From Limnochordales bacterium (GTDB lineage Bacteria; Bacillota; Limnochordia; Limnochordales; Geochordaceae), in NCBI GenBank assembly GCA_036562495.1, contig DATCKA010000068.1, positions 1 to 32,000 of the forward strand: a stretch of 32,000 bases of DNA. The letters run 5' to 3'. Shown here piece by piece: positions 24,087 through 31,979 of this stretch (the first letter of the stretch is position 1; the number at the start of each line of letters is the position of its first letter). Both the position numbers and the translations under genes were made by a program. The notes under the pieces were generated by a model. It had not been told where the DNA came from. It searched no databases and saw only the letters and a program-made list of their open reading frames with translations.

Positions 24087-27000
24087 TCAGAAACTGTGCT
24101 GCCAGTCCAACCCCACGCGGAAGGCCCCGTCGCCGTTCTCGTCATCCCAGCTCAGGCGCCACGTCAGGTCGGGCCTCAACCTGTAAGACAATTCGAAGGA
24201 CTGCGAGCCTTCCGGGTCCAGTAGCTCACGCCGGTAGCGCACGTAGAGACGGCCGGGGTCCAGGTACTTCCCTGCCAGCAGCCGCAGGCTGCCGCTCTCC
24301 GTGCCCGGCACCAGGGCCACCTCGTCGAGGCCCAGGGCGGTGCGCACCGCTTCCTCCAGCGGGCCCATGGCCCAGGCGGCGAGTTGCTCGTTGACGCGGG
24401 CGATCCACCGCTGGCGAGAATCCTCCTCCGCCCTATCGAGCCCTGGCAGCAGCAGAGCCAGGATCTCCTCGCGGCTCATCTCGGGTTGAGCGGAGAGGCG
24501 AAGCTGGGTGGGGTCCGTGGTGGTCCCCTCGACGTGTAGCCGTACCGGGCCCTCGGGCGTGCTGGTGGTGGCGTCGAGGTCCACCTCGGGCACGAGCCCT
24601 CGCGAGGGGCTGAAGGTGAGGCGCCCCCGCTCGATGGCGAATTCCCGTCCGAAGTAGCGGACCCGAGCCTGCGTCAGCAGGACCTCGCCGGCCAGCGCCG
24701 GGGTACCGGTGGTGCCGGTCAGGCGCACCGCGCCCTCGGCCAGCGCCGTCCCACCGATGGCCGGCACCTCCAGCCGAATGGGCTGCTCGGCCTGCACGGT
24801 CACGTCCAGGGGGATGCCCCCTGCCGCCGCCGGACGGCCCTCGGCCCGTTCGAAGCTCTCGGGCAGCCGTACCATTCCCTGGCCGTTGAGCGGCAGGCCC
24901 GACGTCCCACCGGGAAGACCGATGCCCCAGAGGGTCACCCGCCCGTCCCTCACGCCCAGCCGACCCGAGAGGACGGGACGGCTGCCCGGCGTCCAGGCAC
25001 CGGCCCAGCGCAACTCCCCGGTGAAGGTGCCGGCGAGTTGCAAGCTGCCGGTCGGCCGCATGTCGACGGAGACCCGGCGTACCTCCATCCGCACGTCGAC
25101 CGGGTACAGTCGCAGGGGCCAGATGGCTTGCAGTTGCGCCTCGCCGCTCAACTGCACGTCGCCCCCACGGGCGGAGCGAGCCTGGCCCTGAGCCAGGCGG
25201 ATGGTCCGGCCCTCGACGCGCAGGTCGACCACGATGTCCGTCAGCGGATTGAGACGCTCCTGCGGCGCCACCAGCCGGTCGGCCTGCACCGAGAGCCCAC
25301 CGCTGACGTTGGGCGCTTGCAGGGTACCGGAGACCACCACGTCCCCCGTGAGGCGCCCGCCCTCCACCTGCCACGCGGGCAGGAGCTGGCGCACCAGCTC
25401 CAGCGGGAAACGCTCCATGCGGGCCCGCACGTCCATGGTGGCGGCCGCGTCGGCGCCGAGCAACGTCAGTGGCACGCTCCCGCCGATGCGCGCCACCTCC
25501 CGGTCCTGCACGGAGACGAGGACTTCTTCCAGCATCAACGTGGGGGACTCCAGGCGCAGGCCGCCCTCGACGGCCGCAGACAATCCGCCCTCGGAGCGCT
25601 GGCGCAGCCGGAAATTCGCCTGACCCGTCTGCAGGTCCGCCGCCAGGCGCAGGGCCATGGTGCCCTCGACCTCGCCGCCTTGCAGCGACGCATCCTCGAT
25701 CTGCCACACCCCATCCTCGAAGCGGATGGCCGCCTGCAGGGTGCCCAGTTCGTAGCCGGCCAGCCCCAGCCGGTCCGCGCGCACCTGGCCCGCCAGGGTC
25801 CCGTCGACGAGCGAGCCGGCGAAGGTGGCGTACCCGCGCCACGACCGCAGCCACGGACGCAATGCCCGCCCACCCAGGTTGATGAGGTCGCCCGCGATCC
25901 GGTAGCCACCGCCCTGCTCCCTGACGACCTCGATGCTGCCGTCGGGCCCGTCGAAGCTGGCCATGGCGAGCACCGGGGTTCGTCGCCTGGGCCCCGTATG
26001 GCCCGCCGGGTCCGTCCAGGCCAGCTCGATGGCGAAGTCGCCGGCCACCTCCCCGCCGCCCCCGGTCAGGGCTGTCGGCCCATCGCCCACGCCGTCCCCC
26101 GACCCGAGCAGGCTGCGAAAAGCCGTCAAGGCCTCGGTGGAGGCGAGGCCCTCGACCCGACCGGTCAATGTCAGCCACACGCGTGCAGGCTCGCCGGCCA
26201 CCGGTCGCGCCGATGTCCTCCAACGCAGCTCAGCGCCGAGGGCCAGGACGCCGCTGCCAGCAGCGGCGACGATCTCATCGACCGTCGCCTGGCCGGAGGT
26301 CAGGTCGGCGACGACGTGGGCCTCCGCGCCGCCGACGGCCAGGCCCAGCAACCGCCCGGAGGGCGTCTGCAACTCCCCGTCGACCTGCCACGGCCCCGTC
26401 AGCGACCCGCTGAGGCGGCCGCGAGCGGCCACGGAATTGACGGCGTAGCCCGACCACCAGGGCAGGTCCTCGCCGGGCTGCAGACCGGCCACTTCGAAGT
26501 CGATGGTGGCTGCGTGAGGCCAGGAGTCGGCCAGGCTGCCTGCGACGGCGCCGCGCGCCTCTCCCTTGCGGACCCTCCCGCCGATCAGGCGCAGACCATC
26601 GGCATCCTGCCGGATCTCGCCTTCCAGACGTAGACCGGCCAGCAGCCTCCCCCACCGGCCGCCCGCCTCGGGGACCGGGCGGACCTGCGCGACCACCTCG
26701 ATGGGGGGCAGCCCTTCGGGGCCCCAGGTGCCGTCCGTCCGCCAGTCGATCTGCCAGGGACCCGAGCCTTCGACCGGGCCGGTCCACTCCAGCCGGCCGG
26801 CGAGATCCACCTGGAGCGTCTGCTCGTCCGCCAGGTGCGCCGAGCCGCTCGCACTCGAGACGAGACCCTCGTGCGCGATGGTCAGGCGCCGCAGCACCAC
26901 CCTGGTACCGGAGGCGACGGCCAGGAAGTCGGCCCGGGCGGCGCCCAGCTCCACCGATCCCTCGGCCTGCACCTGCCCCGGCCCCAACACCTGCAGCTGA

Positions 27001-27623
27001 CCGGCACTGCGCCAGGGCGTGCGGACCCACTCGCCGGGCGTGGCGCCCGGCTCCTCCCATACGCCGTCGAGCCCCCAGGAGAGGGAGTCTCCCGTCGCGA
27101 GCCACCCCATTGCCAGCGGCAACTGGCGCAGACCGTCGAGGAGGACCCGCTGGATGCGTGCGATCCGCTCTCGCAGCCCGGGAGGCGTCTCGTCGCCCGG
27201 CTGCGCCTCCGGAAGCTCCTCCTCGGCGCCCTCCTGGGCCGGGCGGATCACCACGCCGCTCGCCTCGACCCGCCGCACGCTGCTCGCCGGCTGGCGGGGA
27301 TGGGCGATGACGGCCGGTACGTCGACCCCCACCGTGACGCCGGGAGCGTAGATCTGACCGCCGCCTCGGAGATCCAGCTGCACGGGCGCCAGCCTTACGG
27401 CCGACGGCAATGCCAGGGCCGCCTCGCCCACCTGGATGGTGAGCCCCGCGTCCTGGCCCACGTCGCTCAGGGCCTGGCGTACCGCCACGCTGAGATTCGC
27501 GTTGATCTCTGGCAACGCGGTCCACGCGGCGACGCCCAGCGTGCTCGCCAGGAGCAAGGAAACGGCCAGCAGCCACCGTGCCGGAGGCCGGGTTCGATGT
27601 CGCGTCGGCTGTAGGTCACTCAT
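24087..27623 (-). CDS. tamB: Translocation and assembly module protein TamB (AsmA-like, DUF490 C-terminus)
   Basis: 1178 aa with a single N-terminal anchor (RWLLAVSLLLASTLGVAAWTAL). The body is a very long, beta-rich, Gly/Val/Leu/Arg repetitive region. The C-terminus reads LSAQPEMSREEILALLLPG...GKYLDPGRLYVRYRREL...LSYRLRPDLTWRLSWDD, as in DUF490. It lies immediately upstream of bamA. Confidence 0.8.
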   Translation of the reverse strand: MSDLQPTRHRTRPPARWLLAVSLLLASTLGVAAWTALPEINANLSVAVRQALSDVGQDAGLTIQVGEAALALPSAVRLAPVQLDLRGGGQIYAPGVTVGVDVPAVIAHPRQPASSVRRVEASGVVIRPAQEGAEEELPEAQPGDETPPGLRERIARIQRVLLDGLRQLPLAMGWLATGDSLSWGLDGVWEEPGATPGEWVRTPWRSAGQLQVLGPGQVQAEGSVELGAARADFLAVASGTRVVLRRLTIAHEGLVSSASGSAHLADEQTLQVDLAGRLEWTGPVEGSGPWQIDWRTDGTWGPEGLPPIEVVAQVRPVPEAGGRWGRLLAGLRLEGEIRQDADGLRLIGGRVRKGEARGAVAGSLADSWPHAATIDFEVAGLQPGEDLPWWSGYAVNSVAARGRLSGSLTGPWQVDGELQTPSGRLLGLAVGGAEAHVVADLTSGQATVDEIVAAAGSGVLALGAELRWRTSARPVAGEPARVWLTLTGRVEGLASTEALTAFRSLLGSGDGVGDGPTALTGGGGEVAGDFAIELAWTDPAGHTGPRRRTPVLAMASFDGPDGSIEVVREQGGGYRIAGDLINLGGRALRPWLRSWRGYATFAGSLVDGTLAGQVRADRLGLAGYELGTLQAAIRFEDGVWQIEDASLQGGEVEGTMALRLAADLQTGQANFRLRQRSEGGLSAAVEGGLRLESPTLMLEEVLVSVQDREVARIGGSVPLTLLGADAAATMDVRARMERFPLELVRQLLPAWQVEGGRLTGDVVVSGTLQAPNVSGGLSVQADRLVAPQERLNPLTDIVVDLRVEGRTIRLAQGQARSARGGDVQLSGEAQLQAIWPLRLYPVDVRMEVRRVSVDMRPTGSLQLAGTFTGELRWAGAWTPGSRPVLSGRLGVRDGRVTLWGIGLPGGTSGLPLNGQGMVRLPESFERAEGRPAAAGGIPLDVTVQAEQPIRLEVPAIGGTALAEGAVRLTGTTGTPALAGEVLLTQARVRYFGREFAIERGRLTFSPSRGLVPEVDLDATTSTPEGPVRLHVEGTTTDPTQLRLSAQPEMSREEILALLLPGLDRAEEDSRQRWIARVNEQLAAWAMGPLEEAVRTALGLDEVALVPGTESGSLRLLAGKYLDPGRLYVRYRRELLDPEGSQSFELSYRLRPDLTWRLSWDDENGDGAFRVGLDWQHSF

Positions 27624-27715
27624 GGTGCGATTCGTGTTGGACCTTCGATGAAAAGGGGACGATTCCCGTTACCGGGCGTGTGCCAATGGCTGGCGGCTCA
27701 GGAGGACGCTGCGAC

Positions 27716-29734
27716 TCACGGGGTCGAAAGGCCGCCGCTTGCCTGCACGGCACCGGGACCTCTCGCCGGCTCGGTAGATCGGCTCAGGATTCGCACGTCG
27801 AACGATGTGCTGCCCTCGATGACCCAGGGCGTGATGAGCGTGCGCTTGACGGCGCCCGTCTCGGTCCGCTCCTCCCCGGGCTTCGTCGTCGACCCCGCCG
27901 ACGAGCCGTCGCCCGGCACCCGGGTCGCCCGCCCGCTCGCCGGCGGGTCGGTCGGCTCGTCGGCCTCGTCCGCCCGCACCGGCAACACTCCAGGATAAAA
28001 CTCGGCCACCAATTCGTTGCTCTTCTCGCGTCCCTCCAGGGTCTCGATGAGCTTCTCGAGGTTGGTGGGGACCTCTCCCTCGTCGAGGGGCGCTTCCTCA
28101 GGCTCCTCGGACTCCGTCGGGGCCCCCTCGCCGGACAGCAGGCTCTCCAGGTCCAGACCCAGGGAGAAGCTGCCGGGGCTCCCGCCTCGCACCGTCACGC
28201 TGACAGTGCCCGGGGCCGCGTCCTCGGGGATCTGCAGCGTCAGGATGCGGGTCTCGAGCTCCCCCCGGTAGGGGAGGAGATCCACCGCCACGCCCAGGCG
28301 CTCACCCGGACGCACCGCGTCGTTGAGCGGCCTGGCCCTGACGATGGCAGCCGTCTGGCGCTGCTGGCTCACCTGCACCGTCAGGTCGATGGAGGTCAGC
28401 CCGATATCCTCGAACCGGTTGGTCAGCAGGGTCTGCAACGTGCCCAAGAAGTCGCTCAGCAGGCGCGCCGAGATGTCCGACGGGCTGTAGTCCATCGCGT
28501 CTCGTGCGAAAGTACCGCCTCCGGGCAGCGCCCTACCGTGGATCCGGTAGATGGTCCGGGCAGTCCCAGGGCCGATGCGGTCCAGCCCTCTGTCCAGCGC
28601 CTCCAGCGATGCGATGGCCACGAGCGGTACCGTCAGCAGGTCGTCACGCACCACCCGGGCCTCGAAGGTCCTGGATCGGCCGGCCGACACATCCTCGACC
28701 GTCACCATCAGCCGGATGGCGTCGGGCTCCGCGTCGGTCCGCCCCGCCACAGCGGCCCGGCGGTCCTCGGTCAGCACGGCCTTCGGCTCGCCGATGAGGC
28801 TGCCGACCTTGAAGGGGACGGTAAGACTGCTGACGGTACGATGGATGTAGGCCGGCCCGGCGAAGAAGTCGACGCTGCCCTTCTGGAGGAAGGGATGGCC
28901 GAAGCCCACGAACCGGGAGCCATCGACGTAGGTGACCGTCCCGATGGCCGTGAGGCTGACATCCCCGTGCACCAAGCCGACCCCGAAGGCGCTGCCCGGC
29001 TGAAGCTCGACCGACTCCGCCCCCGTCGCCCCACCCACGCCCACGGGGGCCGCTCCGCCTCCCGGCACCAGCATGAGCCCGAAGGGAGCCAAGAGCCGCT
29101 CCACGGCTCGACGCGCTCGCGGCCCGAAGCCGCCCACCATCACCGGTGTGGCCACGGGTACCATGATCGCCGTGTCTTTTGGCAACGTCTCCCGCATCCG
29201 CTGGGCAGAGGCCGGGTCGGAGGCGAGGGCGACGTGTCGGTACACGCCTCGCTCCCGGGCCTGGGGCCCGAGGCCGCTCGACTCGGGCGATGGCTCGCCC
29301 GGCACGCGACGCAGCACCTCGAGCATGTCCTCGATGGGCGTCACCATGCCCACCGAGTGATCGCTAAACTCGAAGGCGTACCCGATGGCCCCCAACAGCC
29401 GGCCATCGACGTAGACGGGGCTGCCGCTCATGCCCGCCGCGATCCCACCGAAGCCCTCCACCGCAGGGCCGCTCACCCTGACCAGGATCAGGTCGCCGGC
29501 GGGCCCGGCCTGCTCGACGACGCCCAGGACCTCCACGTCGAACCGGTCGATGCGCGTCCCCTGCACCACCGTCAGGCCGTATCCGGTCAGCCCGGGCCGC
29601 ACCTGCTCGACGGGAAGCAGCTGGGGTGCGCCCAGGGCACCGGCAGCCATCGCGAGGCAGATCCCGATGGCGGCGAGCGCGACCGACAGGCCGCGTGGGA
29701 GCACGTGCTCGAGGCGGCGGGCCCCTCTCACCAA
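27716..29734 (-). CDS. Peptidase S55 (SpoIVB-like) domain protein, circularly permuted, with an acidic C-terminal tail
   Basis: TRIDRFDVEVLGVVEQAGPAGDLILVRVSGPAVEGFGGIAAGMSGSPVYVDGRLLGAIGYAF matches the Ser-containing C-terminal half of B. subtilis SpoIVB (..[33 protein letters not shown]). LTAIGTVTYVDGSRFVGFGHPF matches the His-containing half ([22 protein letters not shown]), but here it lies ~165 aa downstream of the Ser motif. An N-terminal hydrophobic signal/anchor is present. The start is TTG 29734 or GTG 29731. Confidence 0.65.
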   Translation of the reverse strand: MVRGARRLEHVLPRGLSVALAAIGICLAMAAGALGAPQLLPVEQVRPGLTGYGLTVVQGTRIDRFDVEVLGVVEQAGPAGDLILVRVSGPAVEGFGGIAAGMSGSPVYVDGRLLGAIGYAFEFSDHSVGMVTPIEDMLEVLRRVPGEPSPESSGLGPQARERGVYRHVALASDPASAQRMRETLPKDTAIMVPVATPVMVGGFGPRARRAVERLLAPFGLMLVPGGGAAPVGVGGATGAESVELQPGSAFGVGLVHGDVSLTAIGTVTYVDGSRFVGFGHPFLQKGSVDFFAGPAYIHRTVSSLTVPFKVGSLIGEPKAVLTEDRRAAVAGRTDAEPDAIRLMVTVEDVSAGRSRTFEARVVRDDLLTVPLVAIASLEALDRGLDRIGPGTARTIYRIHGRALPGGGTFARDAMDYSPSDISARLLSDFLGTLQTLLTNRFEDIGLTSIDLTVQVSQQRQTAAIVRARPLNDAVRPGERLGVAVDLLPYRGELETRILTLQIPEDAAPGTVSVTVRGGSPGSFSLGLDLESLLSGEGAPTESEEPEEAPLDEGEVPTNLEKLIETLEGREKSNELVAEFYPGVLPVRADEADEPTDPPASGRATRVPGDGSSAGSTTKPGEERTETGAVKRTLITPWVIEGSTSFDVRILSRSTEPARGPGAVQASGGLSTP

Positions 29735-29765
29735 GGCAGCAGTCCCTTCGGCGCCGGGGGGTGAT

Positions 29766-30248
29766 CTAGACGCGGACGGGATCGCCCACCCCCCTGGCTT
29801 CCCCTCTATTCCCCTCAGCGATGTGGTCTCCTGTCAATGCACGCGAAAACTCGTCGACCAAGAGTCGCGCCAGTCGACCCGGGCCTGCGTCCACCAGCAG
29901 TGTCGCCGTGGCCTGACAAAACCACTCCCCGTACACCTGCCCCGCCATGCCCTCGCCGAAGAGGCTGCCCTCGCCCGGCTTGAGGGCTTGTTGCAGCAGG
30001 TGCGACCAGAGCCATGCCTCCAGTTGCCCTGCCGCCCAGCGCAGGCCGGCCTCGCCCTTGAGCGTCCCGCTTTCCGGCGGCACGACCCAGGGTGCCGGCA
30101 CGGACGCTGCCGGGCCATCGGTCCGGGCCTCATGGAGGATCGTTCGAAAGCTCTCCCTCGACCCTGACCGCGCGGGCCGCTCGGACGGGGCCGGACCGAC
30201 CGCACCGCGGCGCGCCACCGCGAAGGCCGCCATCTCCGCCACTGTCAC
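29766..30248 (-). CDS. Flagellar rod-binding protein (FlgJ N-terminal-domain-like, no muramidase domain)
   Basis: 160 aa from GTG 30248, which forms a GTGA overlap with the flgI stop. AAGQLEAWLWSHLLQQALKPGEGSLFGEGMAGQVYGEWFCQATATLLVDAGPGRLARLLVDEF resembles the rod-binding motif (AA.QFEA.fl..mlK.m....lfg......y..m.d...A..la..gGlGLA). It lies directly after flgH-flgI. Confidence 0.55.
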   Translation of the reverse strand: MTVAEMAAFAVARRGAVGPAPSERPARSGSRESFRTILHEARTDGPAASVPAPWVVPPESGTLKGEAGLRWAAGQLEAWLWSHLLQQALKPGEGSLFGEGMAGQVYGEWFCQATATLLVDAGPGRLARLLVDEFSRALTGDHIAEGNRGEARGVGDPVRV

Positions 30249-31375
30249 AGCACCTCCAGCTCGGCGTACAGGGCACCCGCCGCCCGGATGGCCTCCAGGA
30301 TGGCGATGATGTCCTTGGGCGTCAGGCCTGAGGCGTTGAGCGCATCGACCAGCTCGCCCACGCTGGCGCCGGCCTGCAGGAGCGTGGCACGACCCGGCGG
30401 GGACTCGCTGCGGGAGGGCAAGCCACGGACCGCACCCAAGTCGTCGTCGGGAGCCGTCGCGCCCACCTCGACCCGGATGCCGCCGTGGGCTACGGCTACG
30501 GGCGCGATGCGCACCTGATGGCCCAGCACCACCGTGCCGGTGCGTTCGTTGATGACCACTCGCGCCGGCGCCGACGGCGTCACCATCAGCTGCTCGAGTC
30601 GCGCCACCAGGAGGGCAGGGTCCTGCTGGTACGCCTCCGGCAGTCGCACCGTCACGACGGCCCCATCCAGGGTAAACGCCAGCGGCTCTCCCAGCTCCTG
30701 GTTGATGGCGTCCACCATGCGCGCAGCGGTGGTGAAGTCGGGCTGGTACAGGACGAGGCGCACCGTCCCCTCCTGGGCCACCGCCGCCGGCACGGCCCGC
30801 TCGACGATGGCCCCACCCGGGATGGTCGCGACGGTGGGGTGCACCCGCTGGCCCGTCAGGCTGCGAGCCGTGCTGCCGCCCACCACCAGCGGTCCCTGTG
30901 CCACGGCGTACACCTCGCCATCGGCACCCTGGAGGGGCGTCTGCAGCAGGACACCCCCTGCCAGGCTGCGGGCGTCCCCCATGGAAGAGACCGTCACGTC
31001 CACCCGGTCACCGGGGCGGGCCAGCGACGGCAGGAGCGCCGTCACCATGACGGCGGCCACGTTGCGCGCCCGCAGCTGGCCGGGATCGACGGCCAGCCCG
31101 AAGTAGCGGAGCATATTGGCGACCATCTGGGCCGAGACACCCCGGCTGTCGCCGGTCCCCTCCAGCCCCACGACGAGCCCCAGGCCCACCAGCTGGTTGG
31201 GGCGGAGCCCCTCCAGTCGGGCGAGGTCCACGATCCGCACGGCAGGCGCCGCAAGCGGGGCGACCGCGCCTTCGGACTGGGCGAGGGCGCCTGCTGCCCA
31301 CCCCACCAGCAGCGACAGCGAGAGCACCGTGGCCCCGGCTCGTCCAGCGCGTCGTAGCATCGCCTCGATGGCCAT
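30245..31375 (-). CDS. flgI: Flagellar P-ring protein FlgI
   Basis: Motifs NQLVGLGLVVGLEGTGDS, VAAVMVTALLP, GDRVDVTVSSMGDARSLAGGVLLQTPLQGADGEVYAVAQGPLVVGG and KDIIAILEAIRAAGALYAELEVL. ATG 31375 lies behind GAGGTGGGAG. The track start GTG 31387 is 1 nt after the flgH stop. Confidence 0.95.
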   Translation of the reverse strand: MAIEAMLRRAGRAGATVLSLSLLVGWAAGALAQSEGAVAPLAAPAVRIVDLARLEGLRPNQLVGLGLVVGLEGTGDSRGVSAQMVANMLRYFGLAVDPGQLRARNVAAVMVTALLPSLARPGDRVDVTVSSMGDARSLAGGVLLQTPLQGADGEVYAVAQGPLVVGGSTARSLTGQRVHPTVATIPGGAIVERAVPAAVAQEGTVRLVLYQPDFTTAARMVDAINQELGEPLAFTLDGAVVTVRLPEAYQQDPALLVARLEQLMVTPSAPARVVINERTGTVVLGHQVRIAPVAVAHGGIRVEVGATAPDDDLGAVRGLPSRSESPPGRATLLQAGASVGELVDALNASGLTPKDIIAILEAIRAAGALYAELEVL

Positions 31376-31388
31376 GGCCGCTCCCACC

Positions 31389-31979
31389 TCAGAAGAGCCA
31401 GTCGAAGATGCGGGTCAAGATGCCCGGCTTCTGCTCCGCTCCCAAGGCCCCCGTGCCTCGCAGCACGATCTGGGCGTCCGCCACGTACGTCGACAGCACG
31501 GTGTTTTCCCGGGAAATATCCTCAGGCCGTACGATGCCGGTCAACACGATCTCCTGATGCTCCTCGTTGATGACGATGGTCTGTCGCCCCTCGACCCGCA
31601 AGGCGCCGCCGGGGAGCACCTCGACCACCCGGGCGGTCATCTGCGCCTTGACGCTGCCGGTGCGCACCGTGCGCCCGCTCCCGTCGAACGCGCTGCCCCC
31701 CGACGCCCCCAGCAGCGGGATGAAGTCCAGCAGCCCCTGGCCGGGGCCGATCTTGAGGGAACCTTCGCGTTCGCTCCCCGTCGATGCGGCCGAAGTGGCC
31801 TCGGCGCGCTCCACGATGATGATGGTCACCAGATCCCCCACCCGGCGGGCCCTGGCGTCGGCATACAGCCCTCCGGCGAAGCCCGACTGGGTCTCCTGTG
31901 CCTTGGCCCACAGGGACTCGGCCGCCGCCCCGCTCGCGCTCGCCGAGACAAGCGCAGCCATCAGGGCCAGACCCGCCAT
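31389..31979 (-). CDS. flgH: Flagellar L-ring protein FlgH
   Basis: Motifs ARRVGDLVTIIIVE, FDGSGRTVRTGSVKAQMTARVVEVLPGGALRVEGRQTIVINEEHQEIVLTGIVRPEDI and VADAQIVLRGTG. The frame stays open upstream of ATG 31979 to the window edge, so the true start may lie outside the window. Confidence 0.9.
   Translation of the reverse strand: MAGLALMAALVSASASGAAAESLWAKAQETQSGFAGGLYADARARRVGDLVTIIIVERAEATSAASTGSEREGSLKIGPGQGLLDFIPLLGASGGSAFDGSGRTVRTGSVKAQMTARVVEVLPGGALRVEGRQTIVINEEHQEIVLTGIVRPEDISRENTVLSTYVADAQIVLRGTGALGAEQKPGILTRIFDWLF

Noticed and set aside
27651-27676. Two mutually exclusive mini-hairpins in the S55-tamB spacer (minus-strand RNA CCCG-GUAA-CGGG and GGGA-AUCG-UCCC followed by CUUUU). This could be a terminator/antiterminator.
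   Set aside because: The stems are only 4 bp and the U-tract only 4 nt. That is too weak to call an intrinsic terminator or attenuator without conservation or Term-seq data.
27716-29734. Calling this the sporulation checkpoint protease SpoIVB itself.
   Set aside because: The motif order is permuted relative to SpoIVB, no PDZ domain is evident, and a large extra C-terminal region is present. The neighbourhood is OM and flagellar genes rather than sporulation genes. Only the S55 domain family is supported.
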